A program made the translations under genes and the position numbers. From assembly GCA_005882635.1 (NCBI GenBank), contig VBFG01000048.1, positions 15,913 through 79,912 on the forward strand: 64,000 nt of DNA, in the 5' to 3' direction. The stretch is from Chloroflexota bacterium. Lineage in GTDB: Bacteria; Chloroflexota; Limnocylindria; Limnocylindrales; CSP1-4. This document shows positions 18,471 to 26,965 of this stretch, piece by piece. Under the pieces are notes generated by a model that searched no databases, had not been told where the DNA came from, and worked only from the letters and a program-made list of their open reading frames with translations. Position 1 is the stretch's first letter, and every line of letters starts with the position of its first letter.

Positions 18471-19937
18471 CTACGCCCGGGCGCGGGAGTTGAGGTAGGC
18501 GGTCAACACATCGTCGTCGACGTCGGGCGCGGCGGCCTGCTGCGGGGCACCTTCGCTCACGATCTCGCCGAGCGTCATCTTGTGCAGCCAGCCCTGGCGA
18601 CCGTCCGGGCACAGGACGAGCCAGTACGCCCCGGATCGCTCGAGGAGCTGGACCTCGTCTCCCTGGTCGAGCTGGCCGATGTCGGTCGAGCGAAGCTCGT
18701 CCGGCGCGTCGAGGAGGCGGACGACCCGGTAGCGGATCGCCCGTCGCTCGTGGCCGTCGACGGCGTTGACGGCGCCGTTGGTGAAGCTCATCCGCGCCGT
18801 CGACGCCACGGACCTCGTCGGATCGGCCTTGCGCGCCTCGATCAGCGATGGTCGCCGCCAGCGTGGCATCCCCGCCTCCCTGTCGACGGGTCCCGGTCCG
18901 GCCGGTCCGCGGACGACGCCGACGACCTCGCCGCCGGGCACGGCGCCGTGGCCATGTGCCGCCCGGGCCTGCAGGACCTCGTCCGGAGCCGGAGGCTCTT
19001 CGTCGCGACGCTTCTTGCCGAAGATCGCGAAGGCGAAGGCCATTGCGGTCGCCGTCGTGGTCCCGACGAGCATCGGCAGGATCGTGGTCGACGACGACGG
19101 GCGGACGCCGAGAGTGTCGAGCGCATTCGCCAGGTCACCCCAGGTCGGGCCGCCGCCCCCCGCGGAATCGCTGCCGTTCGTGGTGCCGGTCCCGTTCCCG
19201 CCGCCGCCCGAGCCCGCGTTCCCCCCGGATCCGCCGGTGGCATCAGCGCCCGGGCCCGGTCCACCGACGGCACCGCCGTCGTGGCTCGAGCCGTCAGACG
19301 ATCCGCTGGTGGTCCCGCCGCCGGGGGCGCCGCCGGCGCTCGGGTCGGTGGGGTAGGGCGTGGCCGGGACGGTCGTCGGCTCGCCGGCAGGCGTCGGCGT
19401 CGGCGTTGTGGCGGGAGCCGTGGTGGGCGCCGGCGTGGGCTTCGCCGTGGGCGCCGGTGTCGGTGACGGCTTCGGGGTGGGCTTCGCGGTGGGGCTCGGC
19501 GTCGGGGTCGGGCTCGGCGGCGCGGTGATCGTCACCGTGCCGCCGTCGATCTGGTCGCTGAACTTCCGGGTATCGGCCGCCTCGAACGAGACGTGATGCC
19601 TCCCGACCGGGAGCCTGCTCGACCAGCGGAGGGTGACGCCGGTCTTCCACGTCGTGCCGCCGCCGCTCATCCGGTGCCGCGTCCCGTCGATGATGACGTA
19701 CACGTGGTCGGGCGCCGACCCTTCGCGGTTCCGATAACGGACCTGGAACTTGATCGTGGTCGACGTGGTGCCCGAGCGCGGGGAAACGCTCGCGTTGTCG
19801 AGCTTGGTCGGTCCCTCGATCGCCAGGACCGGGACGACGAAGGCGAGCACGATCAAGACCGCGGCCCCGAGGGCGGCCAGAGGAGCCGCCGCGGGCCGCC
19901 GGTTGAGGGTTCGACGCTCGATCAGCACGCGATGCAT
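18471..19937 (-). CDS. membrane-anchored protein: Ig-like ectodomain, PT/Gly linker, TM, C-terminal SH3-like domain
   Basis: Hydrophobic N-terminal signal, (PT)n repeats, TM ending FAIFGKKRR, then RLLDAPDE..IGQLDQGDEVQLLERSGAYWLV..GRQGWL (SH3b pattern); start uncertain. Confidence 0.7.
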   Translation of the reverse strand: MHRVLIERRTLNRRPAAAPLAALGAAVLIVLAFVVPVLAIEGPTKLDNASVSPRSGTTSTTIKFQVRYRNREGSAPDHVYVIIDGTRHRMSGGGTTWKTGVTLRWSSRLPVGRHHVSFEAADTRKFSDQIDGGTVTITAPPSPTPTPSPTAKPTPKPSPTPAPTAKPTPAPTTAPATTPTPTPAGEPTTVPATPYPTDPSAGGAPGGGTTSGSSDGSSHDGGAVGGPGPGADATGGSGGNAGSGGGGNGTGTTNGSDSAGGGGPTWGDLANALDTLGVRPSSSTTILPMLVGTTTATAMAFAFAIFGKKRRDEEPPAPDEVLQARAAHGHGAVPGGEVVGVVRGPAGPGPVDREAGMPRWRRPSLIEARKADPTRSVASTARMSFTNGAVNAVDGHERRAIRYRVVRLLDAPDELRSTDIGQLDQGDEVQLLERSGAYWLVLCPDGRQGWLHKMTLGEIVSEGAPQQAAAPDVDDDVLTAYLNSRARA

Positions 19938-20182
19938 TGCCTCCGCGCCGGGCACACGCACCGGCCTCCGGACACCTTGCTGGGCGGTCGAACCGGCCGC
20001 AATGGTACGGGTGTCCCACCCGACGATCGCGGCGAGGGCTGCTCGCGGCCCGTTCGTTGACGAGCCGCACCCGCCGAGGTGCGGTCCGGTGGACTGCGGT
20101 GCGGTCCATGGCTCCCTCGGCGTTGCGGTCCTGCCCCGATGGAGTGATTTCCAGGCCGACGCGCGCCCGCGAGGATTCGGCC

Positions 20183-20932
20183 GTGCAGACGATCGCCTCG
20201 CCTCGTCGTCCCAGGCTGCCGATCGCGGCGGTGCTGGTCGGCACCCTCGTCGGGTTGGCCCTCTTCGGCGGCGGGCTGTTCCTCGGCTGGCTCGTGCTGG
20301 GGACTCCCCTCGTGACCGCCCTCGCACCGGCGACCATCCGTCCGAGCCTCTCCCAGATCGTGCTCGGCGGCATCGTCTGGGGCGTCGCCCTCGTCGCGCC
20401 CGCGTCGTTCACCCTCGTCGGCGCGTGGCGGTTGAGCCGCGTCGTGCGGGCGATCACGGTGAAGCCGGCGGTCCGGGTGCTGACCCAGGCGTCGGCCCAG
20501 CTCGGTGACGAGTACGTCGCCGCCAGCGACATCCGCCTGCCCGAAGGCCGCGTCATCGGCAACCTCGTCCTCGGGCCCTTCGGCCTGGCCGTCCTGACGG
20601 AGCTGCCGTCCCGGCGGGTCCTCCGGCGCACCGGCACGAGCTGGGAGACCCGCGGTCCCGACGGCCGGTGGGTCCACATGGAGAACCCCGTCGAGCGCGC
20701 GTCGCGCGATGCCGAGCGCGTCCGTCGCTGGTTCGGTTCGGCCGACCGGGATTACGTGCTGAAGGTGTTCGCGGCGCTCGTCACGACCGATCCGACCATC
20801 GCCCGGACGCCGACGTGTGCGGTCGTCGCGCCCGAGCAGGTGCCGGCGTGGCTCGGTTCGCTGCCGCCGTCGCGGGCGCTCAACGGCGATCGCCAGGCCC
20901 AGATCGTGGAGCAGATCACGGCCCTGCTGTGA
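20183..20932 (+). CDS. membrane protein with NERD-like (nuclease-related) domain
   Basis: GAGGA SD and GTG; two TM helices, then LGDEY..DIRLP..LVLGPFGLAV...NPVERA, resembling NERD. Confidence 0.6.
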   Translation: MQTIASPRRPRLPIAAVLVGTLVGLALFGGGLFLGWLVLGTPLVTALAPATIRPSLSQIVLGGIVWGVALVAPASFTLVGAWRLSRVVRAITVKPAVRVLTQASAQLGDEYVAASDIRLPEGRVIGNLVLGPFGLAVLTELPSRRVLRRTGTSWETRGPDGRWVHMENPVERASRDAERVRRWFGSADRDYVLKVFAALVTTDPTIARTPTCAVVAPEQVPAWLGSLPPSRALNGDRQAQIVEQITALL

Positions 20933-20980
20933 GCCGGCCGCCCGCGAGGCCGCTGATGCCGCGGCGGAGGTGGCAGGGAG

Positions 20981-21056
20981 TGGTAGGGGAGCCAGGACTC
21001 GAACCTGGAACCAGCGGGATATAAGCCCGCCGCTCTGACCATTGAGCTACTCCCCC
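20981..21056 (-). tRNA. tRNA-Ile (anticodon TAT)
   Basis: 76 nt cloverleaf: GGGGGAG TA GCTC AATGGTCA GAGC G GCGGG CT-TAT-AT CCCGC TGGTT CCAGG TTCGAGT CCTGG CTCCCCT A CCA. Confidence 0.93.
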
Positions 21057-21062
21057 GGGCGG

Positions 21063-21091
21063 ATGCTACTGCCGACGCGCCGCGGCGTCAC
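21063..21091 (-). promoter_or_regulatory. sigma70-type promoter for tRNA-Ile(TAT)
   Basis: Minus strand GTGACG-N17-TAGCAT, followed by GC-rich CCGCCC and then tRNA base 1. Confidence 0.6.
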
Positions 21092-21103
21092 GGGGGGAAA
21101 AGG

Positions 21104-21412
21104 CTAGTTGTCGATCTGGCCCAGGACCCGCCCGGCGAGCGCTCGGAGGCTCAGCGGCCGGGGATTGAGCGAAAGCTCGGCGTCGTCGCTCGTGGGCAGG
21201 CGATCGCTTCGGTTGAGACTGCCGCCGGCGCGATAGTAGCGAGCCGGCAGGCTCTCGAGGAGCTCCCGCTCCTCGGCCGTCTGGATCGCCTCGATCGGCA
21301 GGTCGTCGGGGTCGAACGGGCGCGGTGACTCCATCACGATCGGAGCCGGCCGCGCGTAGGCCGGAGCCCCGTACAGCTTTGGCAGCGCGATGTGCTGTTC
21401 GTCCAACGCCAC
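21104..21412 (-). CDS. hypothetical protein
   Basis: GAGGA SD 8 nt before GTG; ALPKLYGAPAYARP..PFDPDDLPIEA with good codon bias. Confidence 0.65.
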   Translation of the reverse strand: MALDEQHIALPKLYGAPAYARPAPIVMESPRPFDPDDLPIEAIQTAEERELLESLPARYYRAGGSLNRSDRLPTSDDAELSLNPRPLSLRALAGRVLGQIDN

Positions 21413-21586
21413 CCGATGAGTCCTCGTTGCCTCCGTCGGATACCCGACGAAGCGGATGATATCCAGCCGAGAGTACCTTGGAATGGTACGGATGGGCCAT
21501 ATCAGTTGCGAGGGGTTCGAGGCGGAAGTGGTGCCGCTGTGCACAACGGGACCTTTGGCTGGCGTCCCCCGATTTCCCGCCGGATC

Positions 21587-22021
21587 TCAGCCGATCAGCG
21601 GCTCCAGGATCTGCACGACGACGACCAGCACGAGGTAGCTGATCGGGACCGCGGCGAAGAAGCCGAGCGCTGCGCTCCAGACCGACCGGGTCGTGCGGTC
21701 GCCCGATCCGCGCGGCTGGGGGACGACAACCCAGGTCACGACGCTGCCGACGATCAGGACGACGACGACGTCGGCGACGAGGTACAGGGTCCGGAGGTCG
21801 CCGCCCGGGAGTGCCATGCCACGCCGGATCGCGACGTCGTAGACGAGGTAGCCCAGGCCGAGGACGATCGCCACGACGAGGCTGGCGAGCACGGCCCGGA
21901 CGACCGGCCGCGGGGCGTTCCGGAACTGGCGCCAGCGGACCTCGAGCCACGACCGCCGGCGGACGTCAGGCCGGCGAACGTCAGGCCGGTGGACGTCGGG
22001 CAGCCGGCTTGGAGCGCTCAC
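21587..22021 (-). CDS. hypothetical membrane protein (3 TM)
   Basis: GTG overlaps the upstream stop; three hydrophobic helices. Confidence 0.7.
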   Translation of the reverse strand: MSAPSRLPDVHRPDVRRPDVRRRSWLEVRWRQFRNAPRPVVRAVLASLVVAIVLGLGYLVYDVAIRRGMALPGGDLRTLYLVADVVVVLIVGSVVTWVVVPQPRGSGDRTTRSVWSAALGFFAAVPISYLVLVVVVQILEPLIG

Positions 22022-23259
22022 GACGCCCCCTGGCCGATGATCGTCAGGCGAGGCCGCTGCGGCAGCGTCGCCGGGGTGTGCGACGCCAGGAGCTCGACGG
22101 CCGTCGCCACGCGCTCGATCTCGTCGGCCGTCGTGAAGAAGCCGACGCTCAGGCGGATGGCGTCGAGCGCCGGGATCGTCCGGGCGATCGCGAACGTCCG
22201 CCCGGCGATCTCGTCCAGTGCCGCCTCGGCGTCCCAGCCCCCGATCCGGAAGGTGACGAGCGTCGCCATGCGGTCGGGCGGCGTGAGGATGTCGACGCCG
22301 TCGATCGCCGCCAGGCGATCGACGGCGGCCCGCGCCATCGACTGGCCACGCTCGTGGATCCACGGCAATCCGACGTACATCGACAGCCAGCCGCAGCTCC
22401 GGGCGAGTCCGGTGACGGCGGGTCGGTAATGGCCGGCCTCCTCGAATCGACGAGCGTTGGGCCACGGGACGGCCGCATCGTTGTCGATCCGCTCGTACGT
22501 GAACCAGCTCGCGGTGGACACCCGCGACGAACCCGTGATCCCAGCGGCGGCCCACAGTGCGCCGGTTCCTTCCGGCCCGAGGAGCCACTTCTGGCCGGGA
22601 ATGGCGTAGAAGTCGACGCCGAGATCGGCGACGTTGACCGGGATGGCTCCGGCTGCCTGGGCGCCGTCGACCGCGATGACGGCGCCCCGATCGTGGGCCA
22701 GCGCCGCGATCCGCTCGATCGGCATCCGCGCGCCGCTCGTCCACAGGACGTGGGAGAGGGCGACCAGTCTCGTCCCGGGTCGGATCGCCGCGTCGAACGC
22801 CGCCACGATCGCGTCGTCGTCCCCGCCGAGGCCGACGTCGACGACGATCAGCTCGCAGCCGCTGCGGGCCGCAGCGGCGTGGACCGGACCGAGCCCGCCG
22901 GGATGTTCGGCCTGCGTCGTGACGATCCGATCGGTCGGCTGGACGTCGCGCGACCACACCGCCGCATTCATCCCGCCCGAGGTCGAGTGGGTGATCGCGA
23001 TCTCGTCGACCTCGGCGCCGACGACGGCGGCCACCGCTCCCCTCGCCTCGGCGAGGCGCTCCAGGAAGCCTTCCCAGTAGTCGGTCGACGAGCGGCCGAT
23101 GCGGAGCTCGTAGTCGACGATCTCGGCCATGGCCGCGGCGGTCTCGGCCGGCAGCGGACCGACCGACCCGGTGTTCAGGTAGATGCCCGCGTCGAGCGCC
23201 GGCAGGGCCACCCGGATCGCCGCCACCTTCTCGTCGTCGGGCAGGAACGGCGCGACCAC
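22018..23259 (-). CDS. class V PLP aminotransferase-fold C-S lyase (cystine lyase/EgtE/CefD-like)
   Basis: YLNTGSVGP, EH, SHV, VDGAQAAG, PGQKWLLGP (PLP Lys), IRLS; lacks the RxGxHC persulfide Cys of SufS-type desulfurases. Confidence 0.85.
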   Translation of the reverse strand: MVAPFLPDDEKVAAIRVALPALDAGIYLNTGSVGPLPAETAAAMAEIVDYELRIGRSSTDYWEGFLERLAEARGAVAAVVGAEVDEIAITHSTSGGMNAAVWSRDVQPTDRIVTTQAEHPGGLGPVHAAAARSGCELIVVDVGLGGDDDAIVAAFDAAIRPGTRLVALSHVLWTSGARMPIERIAALAHDRGAVIAVDGAQAAGAIPVNVADLGVDFYAIPGQKWLLGPEGTGALWAAAGITGSSRVSTASWFTYERIDNDAAVPWPNARRFEEAGHYRPAVTGLARSCGWLSMYVGLPWIHERGQSMARAAVDRLAAIDGVDILTPPDRMATLVTFRIGGWDAEAALDEIAGRTFAIARTIPALDAIRLSVGFFTTADEIERVATAVELLASHTPATLPQRPRLTIIGQGAS

Positions 23260-23277
23260 GCCCGTATCATATCGGCG

Positions 23278-24165
23278 ATGTCGTCGCCTCCCGCCGGTCG
23301 CAGGCTGCAGCGGACGCGCACGCCCGGCGGGCTGGCTCGGCCCGAGCTGCTCGCATCGACCGACTGGCTCGCCGACCAGCTCGGACGGCCGGAGGTCCGG
23401 ATCCTCGACGTCCGCTGGCGGCCCGACGGCTCCGGTCACCAGGTCTGGTCGACCGGACACATCCCGGGCGCGGTGTTCGTCGATTGGCGAGCCGATCTCA
23501 CCGACACGGGCGAGAGCGGCGACACGTTGCTCCTCGCCGGCCCCGAGCAGGTCGCCCGGACGCTCGCGTTGGGAGGGGTCGGCGACGGGGCCACGGTGGT
23601 GGTCTACGACGACACGGTGTCCCTGTTCGCGGCGCGCGTCTGGTGGAGCCTGCGGGTCTACGGCCTCGAGTCGGTCCGCGTCCTCGACGGCGGTTTTCCC
23701 GCGTGGCAGGAGGAGGGCCGGGCGATCTCGAACGCGGTCGCGCCGCCGCCGCCGGCGCATTTCACGCCGCGGGCGCAGCCGCGAATGCGGCTCACGACGG
23801 CCGACGTCCGCGCTCTCCTCTCCTCCCCCGACGTCATGCTGCTCGATGCGCGCGCGCCGGCCGAGTACCGGGGTCACGAGGGCACGACCAAGCGGCTCGG
23901 ACACATCCCGGGCGCGGTGAACGTGCCGGTCGGCGCGATGACGCGGCCGGGCAGCCAGCACTTCCGGGTCGGCGACGAGCTGCGGGACATCCTGTTCCGG
24001 GCGAACGTCGCCCGCGGGCGGCGGATGGTCTGTTACGACGGCTCGGGGATCGCGGCGGCGAAGCTGGCGTTCGCCCTGACGCTCCTCGGCCACGATGACG
24101 TCGCCGTGTATGACGGCGGCTGGGCCGAGTGGGGCAACCGCCTGGATCTGCCGGTCGATCGGTAG
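23278..24165 (+). CDS. tandem-domain rhodanese/sulfurtransferase (SseA-like), catalytic Cys replaced
   Basis: GHIPGA twice, VVYDD, AARVWW, LDGG, YDGGWAEW; active loop reads YDGSG rather than YCGSG. Confidence 0.85.
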   Translation: MSSPPAGRRLQRTRTPGGLARPELLASTDWLADQLGRPEVRILDVRWRPDGSGHQVWSTGHIPGAVFVDWRADLTDTGESGDTLLLAGPEQVARTLALGGVGDGATVVVYDDTVSLFAARVWWSLRVYGLESVRVLDGGFPAWQEEGRAISNAVAPPPPAHFTPRAQPRMRLTTADVRALLSSPDVMLLDARAPAEYRGHEGTTKRLGHIPGAVNVPVGAMTRPGSQHFRVGDELRDILFRANVARGRRMVCYDGSGIAAAKLAFALTLLGHDDVAVYDGGWAEWGNRLDLPVDR

Positions 24166-24437
24166 CGATCCGTCACGCCGGTCCCGCGAGGGCCTTCCGC
24201 CGGCTGATATCACCACCGTTGTTACAGCTGGGAGTGGCGGCCGGTCAAGCCGGATTCGACGGGCCCGGTCGTCGGGATTCGTGCACCGTCACGCTCGATT
24301 CCTGCGCGCGCCGCCCAGCCGACAGGGGCTTAGCGCCGTTCTTGCCCCTCCGGTATCGATGGCGCTGATATTCCCGAGAGCAAGGGGGGTGCCAGCGCTT
24401 GAGCAGCGACCGCGCGAGCCACGCGCGAGGGCGGGGA

Positions 24438-25091
24438 TCAGCCGGACGCGCCATCCTCGGGCCGAATGGCTCCGCCGGACGGGTCGCCGACCGACGTGCC
24501 GGCCGCGCCCACCGCACCCGCCGCACCCGCCGCGCCCGCCGCGCCCGCGCCCCCAGAGCGGTCGATGCCGGCCCACGGGTCGACCTCGCGGTGCGGCGCG
24601 AGGATCTGCGCCCGGTGGTGATTGATCGCGACCATCGGCGCGCTCTGGCGCGCCTCGCCGATCGAGTCCGACCAGAACGTCGCGTCCGTCACCGGGATGA
24701 ACCGCCCGGTGAGCTCGCCCAGGGCCTCGCCGAGTCCGCGCTCCGGCAGGACGTGGACCCGCCCGATCACGCGGAACGGCGGGATCGAGATCATTGCCTG
24801 CTCGGAGACCTTCGGGGTGCGGAGGTCAGGGCGCGTCTCGACCTCGCTGTCGGCGACGGCGAAGAGGACCGCCGCGAGGTTGACCTGGGCGAACTCGCTC
24901 CTGGTCGCGACCGATCGCGAGCCGTACTCGTCGACCAATGCGTCCGACAGGACGAGGAAATCCTCATCGGCGTGGTTGAGGATGTCCGACAGCCGCGACT
25001 GGCGGCTCCGGATGTTGCCCTTGATCACGAAGCTGTCGGTGTAGAGCGTGAGCGGGACCAAGGTCGCCTCGGCCCCGAGAAGGTCGAACAT
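24438..25091 (-). CDS. hypothetical protein with two repeated small beta domains (DUF6812-like)
   Basis: IKGNIRSRQSRLSDILN..FLVLSDA and VIGRVHV..FIPVTDA internal duplication; TATCCT 7 nt before the ATG. Confidence 0.6.
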   Translation of the reverse strand: MFDLLGAEATLVPLTLYTDSFVIKGNIRSRQSRLSDILNHADEDFLVLSDALVDEYGSRSVATRSEFAQVNLAAVLFAVADSEVETRPDLRTPKVSEQAMISIPPFRVIGRVHVLPERGLGEALGELTGRFIPVTDATFWSDSIGEARQSAPMVAINHHRAQILAPHREVDPWAGIDRSGGAGAAGAAGAAGAVGAAGTSVGDPSGGAIRPEDGASG

Positions 25092-25157
25092 GGCCGACAG
25101 GATACGCTCGGCCGATCCCTCGGGGCTCCCCGATTCGGATCGGCCGCCGCGGCGGGA

Positions 25158-26939
25158 CTACTTCCTGGCGCCTGCCGTCACCAACTGTTCGGCCCCGTGC
25201 TGGAGGCCTTCGTAGAGGGCCTCGACCGTCTCGAGCGTGTCGATCTCGTCGGGCGACTTGTCGGGCCGCAGGTTGGCGATCCGCGGGAACCGCAGCGAGA
25301 ACCCCGACTGGTGGCGACGGGAGCGGACGATCACGTCGAACGCGACCTCGACGACGACCGTCGGCTCCACCTGGCGGTAGCGGCCGTAGCGGGCGATCGT
25401 GTGGTCCTCGAACCAGCGGGTCATCTCGGCGATCTCGGCGTCGGTCAGTCCGCTGTACGCCTTGCCGATCGTGACCAGCCGCTCGTTCTCGGTGTCGCGC
25501 ACCGCGAACGTGTAATCGCTGAGGACGCCGTGCCGCTTGCCGTGGCCGACCTCGACGCCGACGACCACGCAGTCGATGGTCGCCAGGGCCTTCTTCATCT
25601 TCAGCCAGCCGAGTCCACGCCGGCCCGGTGAGTAGATCGACCGCGGGTCCTTGACCATGAGCCCCTCGTTGCGCCGCTCGCGGGCACCGCGGAAGGCGTC
25701 CTCCAGTCCATCGATCGAGGTCACGCTGACGAGGTGGCTCAGGGCGAACACCCCGCCGTCGTCGGCGAGGGGCAGGCGGAGGCGCTCGAGGCGGCGGCGG
25801 CGATCCTCCAGCGGCTCGCGCAGGAGTGCGTCGACGGCCTCCGTCGGCGACGGCGTGGCTCCGTTGGCGGACGGCCCGACCGACCCGTTGGCGGAGCCGT
25901 TCGATGCCACGATCACCGGGTCGCCGGGATCCGCCCGGCCGAGCCCGAGGGCGTCGAAGGCCACGTAGATCACAGGCACCTCGGCGCGGATCTCCTCGGA
26001 CGGTGACTTCCGGCCGAGGCGCGCCTGGAGGGCGATGAACGGGAGGACCGTGCCGTCGCGATAGGCCAGGATCTCGCCGTCGAGGATCCCGTCCCAGCCA
26101 AGGGACCGCGCGCCCTCGATGATCTCGGGGAACTGGTTGCCGATCTCGTGGAGGTCACGCGAGTAGAGCCGGACCTCCGTCCCGTGGCGATGGAGCTGGG
26201 CCCGGATTCCGTCGTACTTGTCCTCGACCCAGACGGGCACGCCGAGGCGCCTGACGATCACGGCGGCGTCCTCGGCCGGCGACGCGAGCATGAACTTGAT
26301 CGGGTGGAACAGGGCCAGGCTGGCGTCCTCGAGGCAGCCGTCGCGGGCCAGCTCGGCGGTCCGGCCGATGTCGCCGGTCAGCATCCCGGCCCACTTGACG
26401 TCGTCGAGCGGCTGGTCGAACGCCCTGGCGAGCGCCGCCTCGACCAGGCCCTCGCGGAGACCGATCCGGAGCTCCCCCGACAGCACCTTGACGACGTACT
26501 TCGCGGTCAGCGGATCCGCCCGAGCGAGCAGGTCGCGGAGGATCCCGCTCTTGGCGGCCGGGCCCGACGCGGCCTCGATCGCCGCGTACGCGGCGGCGAC
26601 CTCCGGCAGCGACGGCGACCGGGCGGGATCCGGCGAATGGCCGGCGAGCGTGAGGACGTCCGCGACCGCTCGACCGAGGTCCGAGGAGCGGTCGTAGGCC
26701 TCGGCGAGGGCGGTCCTCGGGACGCGAGCAAGGTCCGTGACGGTCGTCGCGATCGCCGACCAACCGAGCCCTGCGGCGCGCTGGTCGGCCTCGGCGAACG
26801 GCCGCCCGGTCAGGAAGACGACCGCGACCGGGAGCTCCTCGGCGGTGAGTCCCGCGAGGTAGTCGGCGAGCAGCGCCGTCTTCTCGGAGGTCCGGGTCGT
26901 AGCGGCGACGCGCTCGGCGACCTCGCTCCAGCGACGCAT
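25158..26939 (-). CDS. ATP-dependent DNA ligase (LigB/archaeal-type)
   Basis: EDKYDGIRAQ adenylation motif, LDGEI, FD, EGLMVK, WLKMK, LRFPR. Confidence 0.95.
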   Translation of the reverse strand: MRRWSEVAERVAATTRTSEKTALLADYLAGLTAEELPVAVVFLTGRPFAEADQRAAGLGWSAIATTVTDLARVPRTALAEAYDRSSDLGRAVADVLTLAGHSPDPARSPSLPEVAAAYAAIEAASGPAAKSGILRDLLARADPLTAKYVVKVLSGELRIGLREGLVEAALARAFDQPLDDVKWAGMLTGDIGRTAELARDGCLEDASLALFHPIKFMLASPAEDAAVIVRRLGVPVWVEDKYDGIRAQLHRHGTEVRLYSRDLHEIGNQFPEIIEGARSLGWDGILDGEILAYRDGTVLPFIALQARLGRKSPSEEIRAEVPVIYVAFDALGLGRADPGDPVIVASNGSANGSVGPSANGATPSPTEAVDALLREPLEDRRRRLERLRLPLADDGGVFALSHLVSVTSIDGLEDAFRGARERRNEGLMVKDPRSIYSPGRRGLGWLKMKKALATIDCVVVGVEVGHGKRHGVLSDYTFAVRDTENERLVTIGKAYSGLTDAEIAEMTRWFEDHTIARYGRYRQVEPTVVVEVAFDVIVRSRRHQSGFSLRFPRIANLRPDKSPDEIDTLETVEALYEGLQHGAEQLVTAGARK

Positions 26940-26965
26940 GGCGGCGATGGTATACCGTCCCTCCG

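Noticed and set aside
24025-24050. Selenocysteine at the rhodanese active site
   Set aside because: The codon is GAC (Asp), not TGA.
24503-24551. 9 bp tandem repeat (CGCRCCCGC)
   Set aside because: Encodes a low-complexity GAA tail of the 24438-25091 protein; no independent function is evident.
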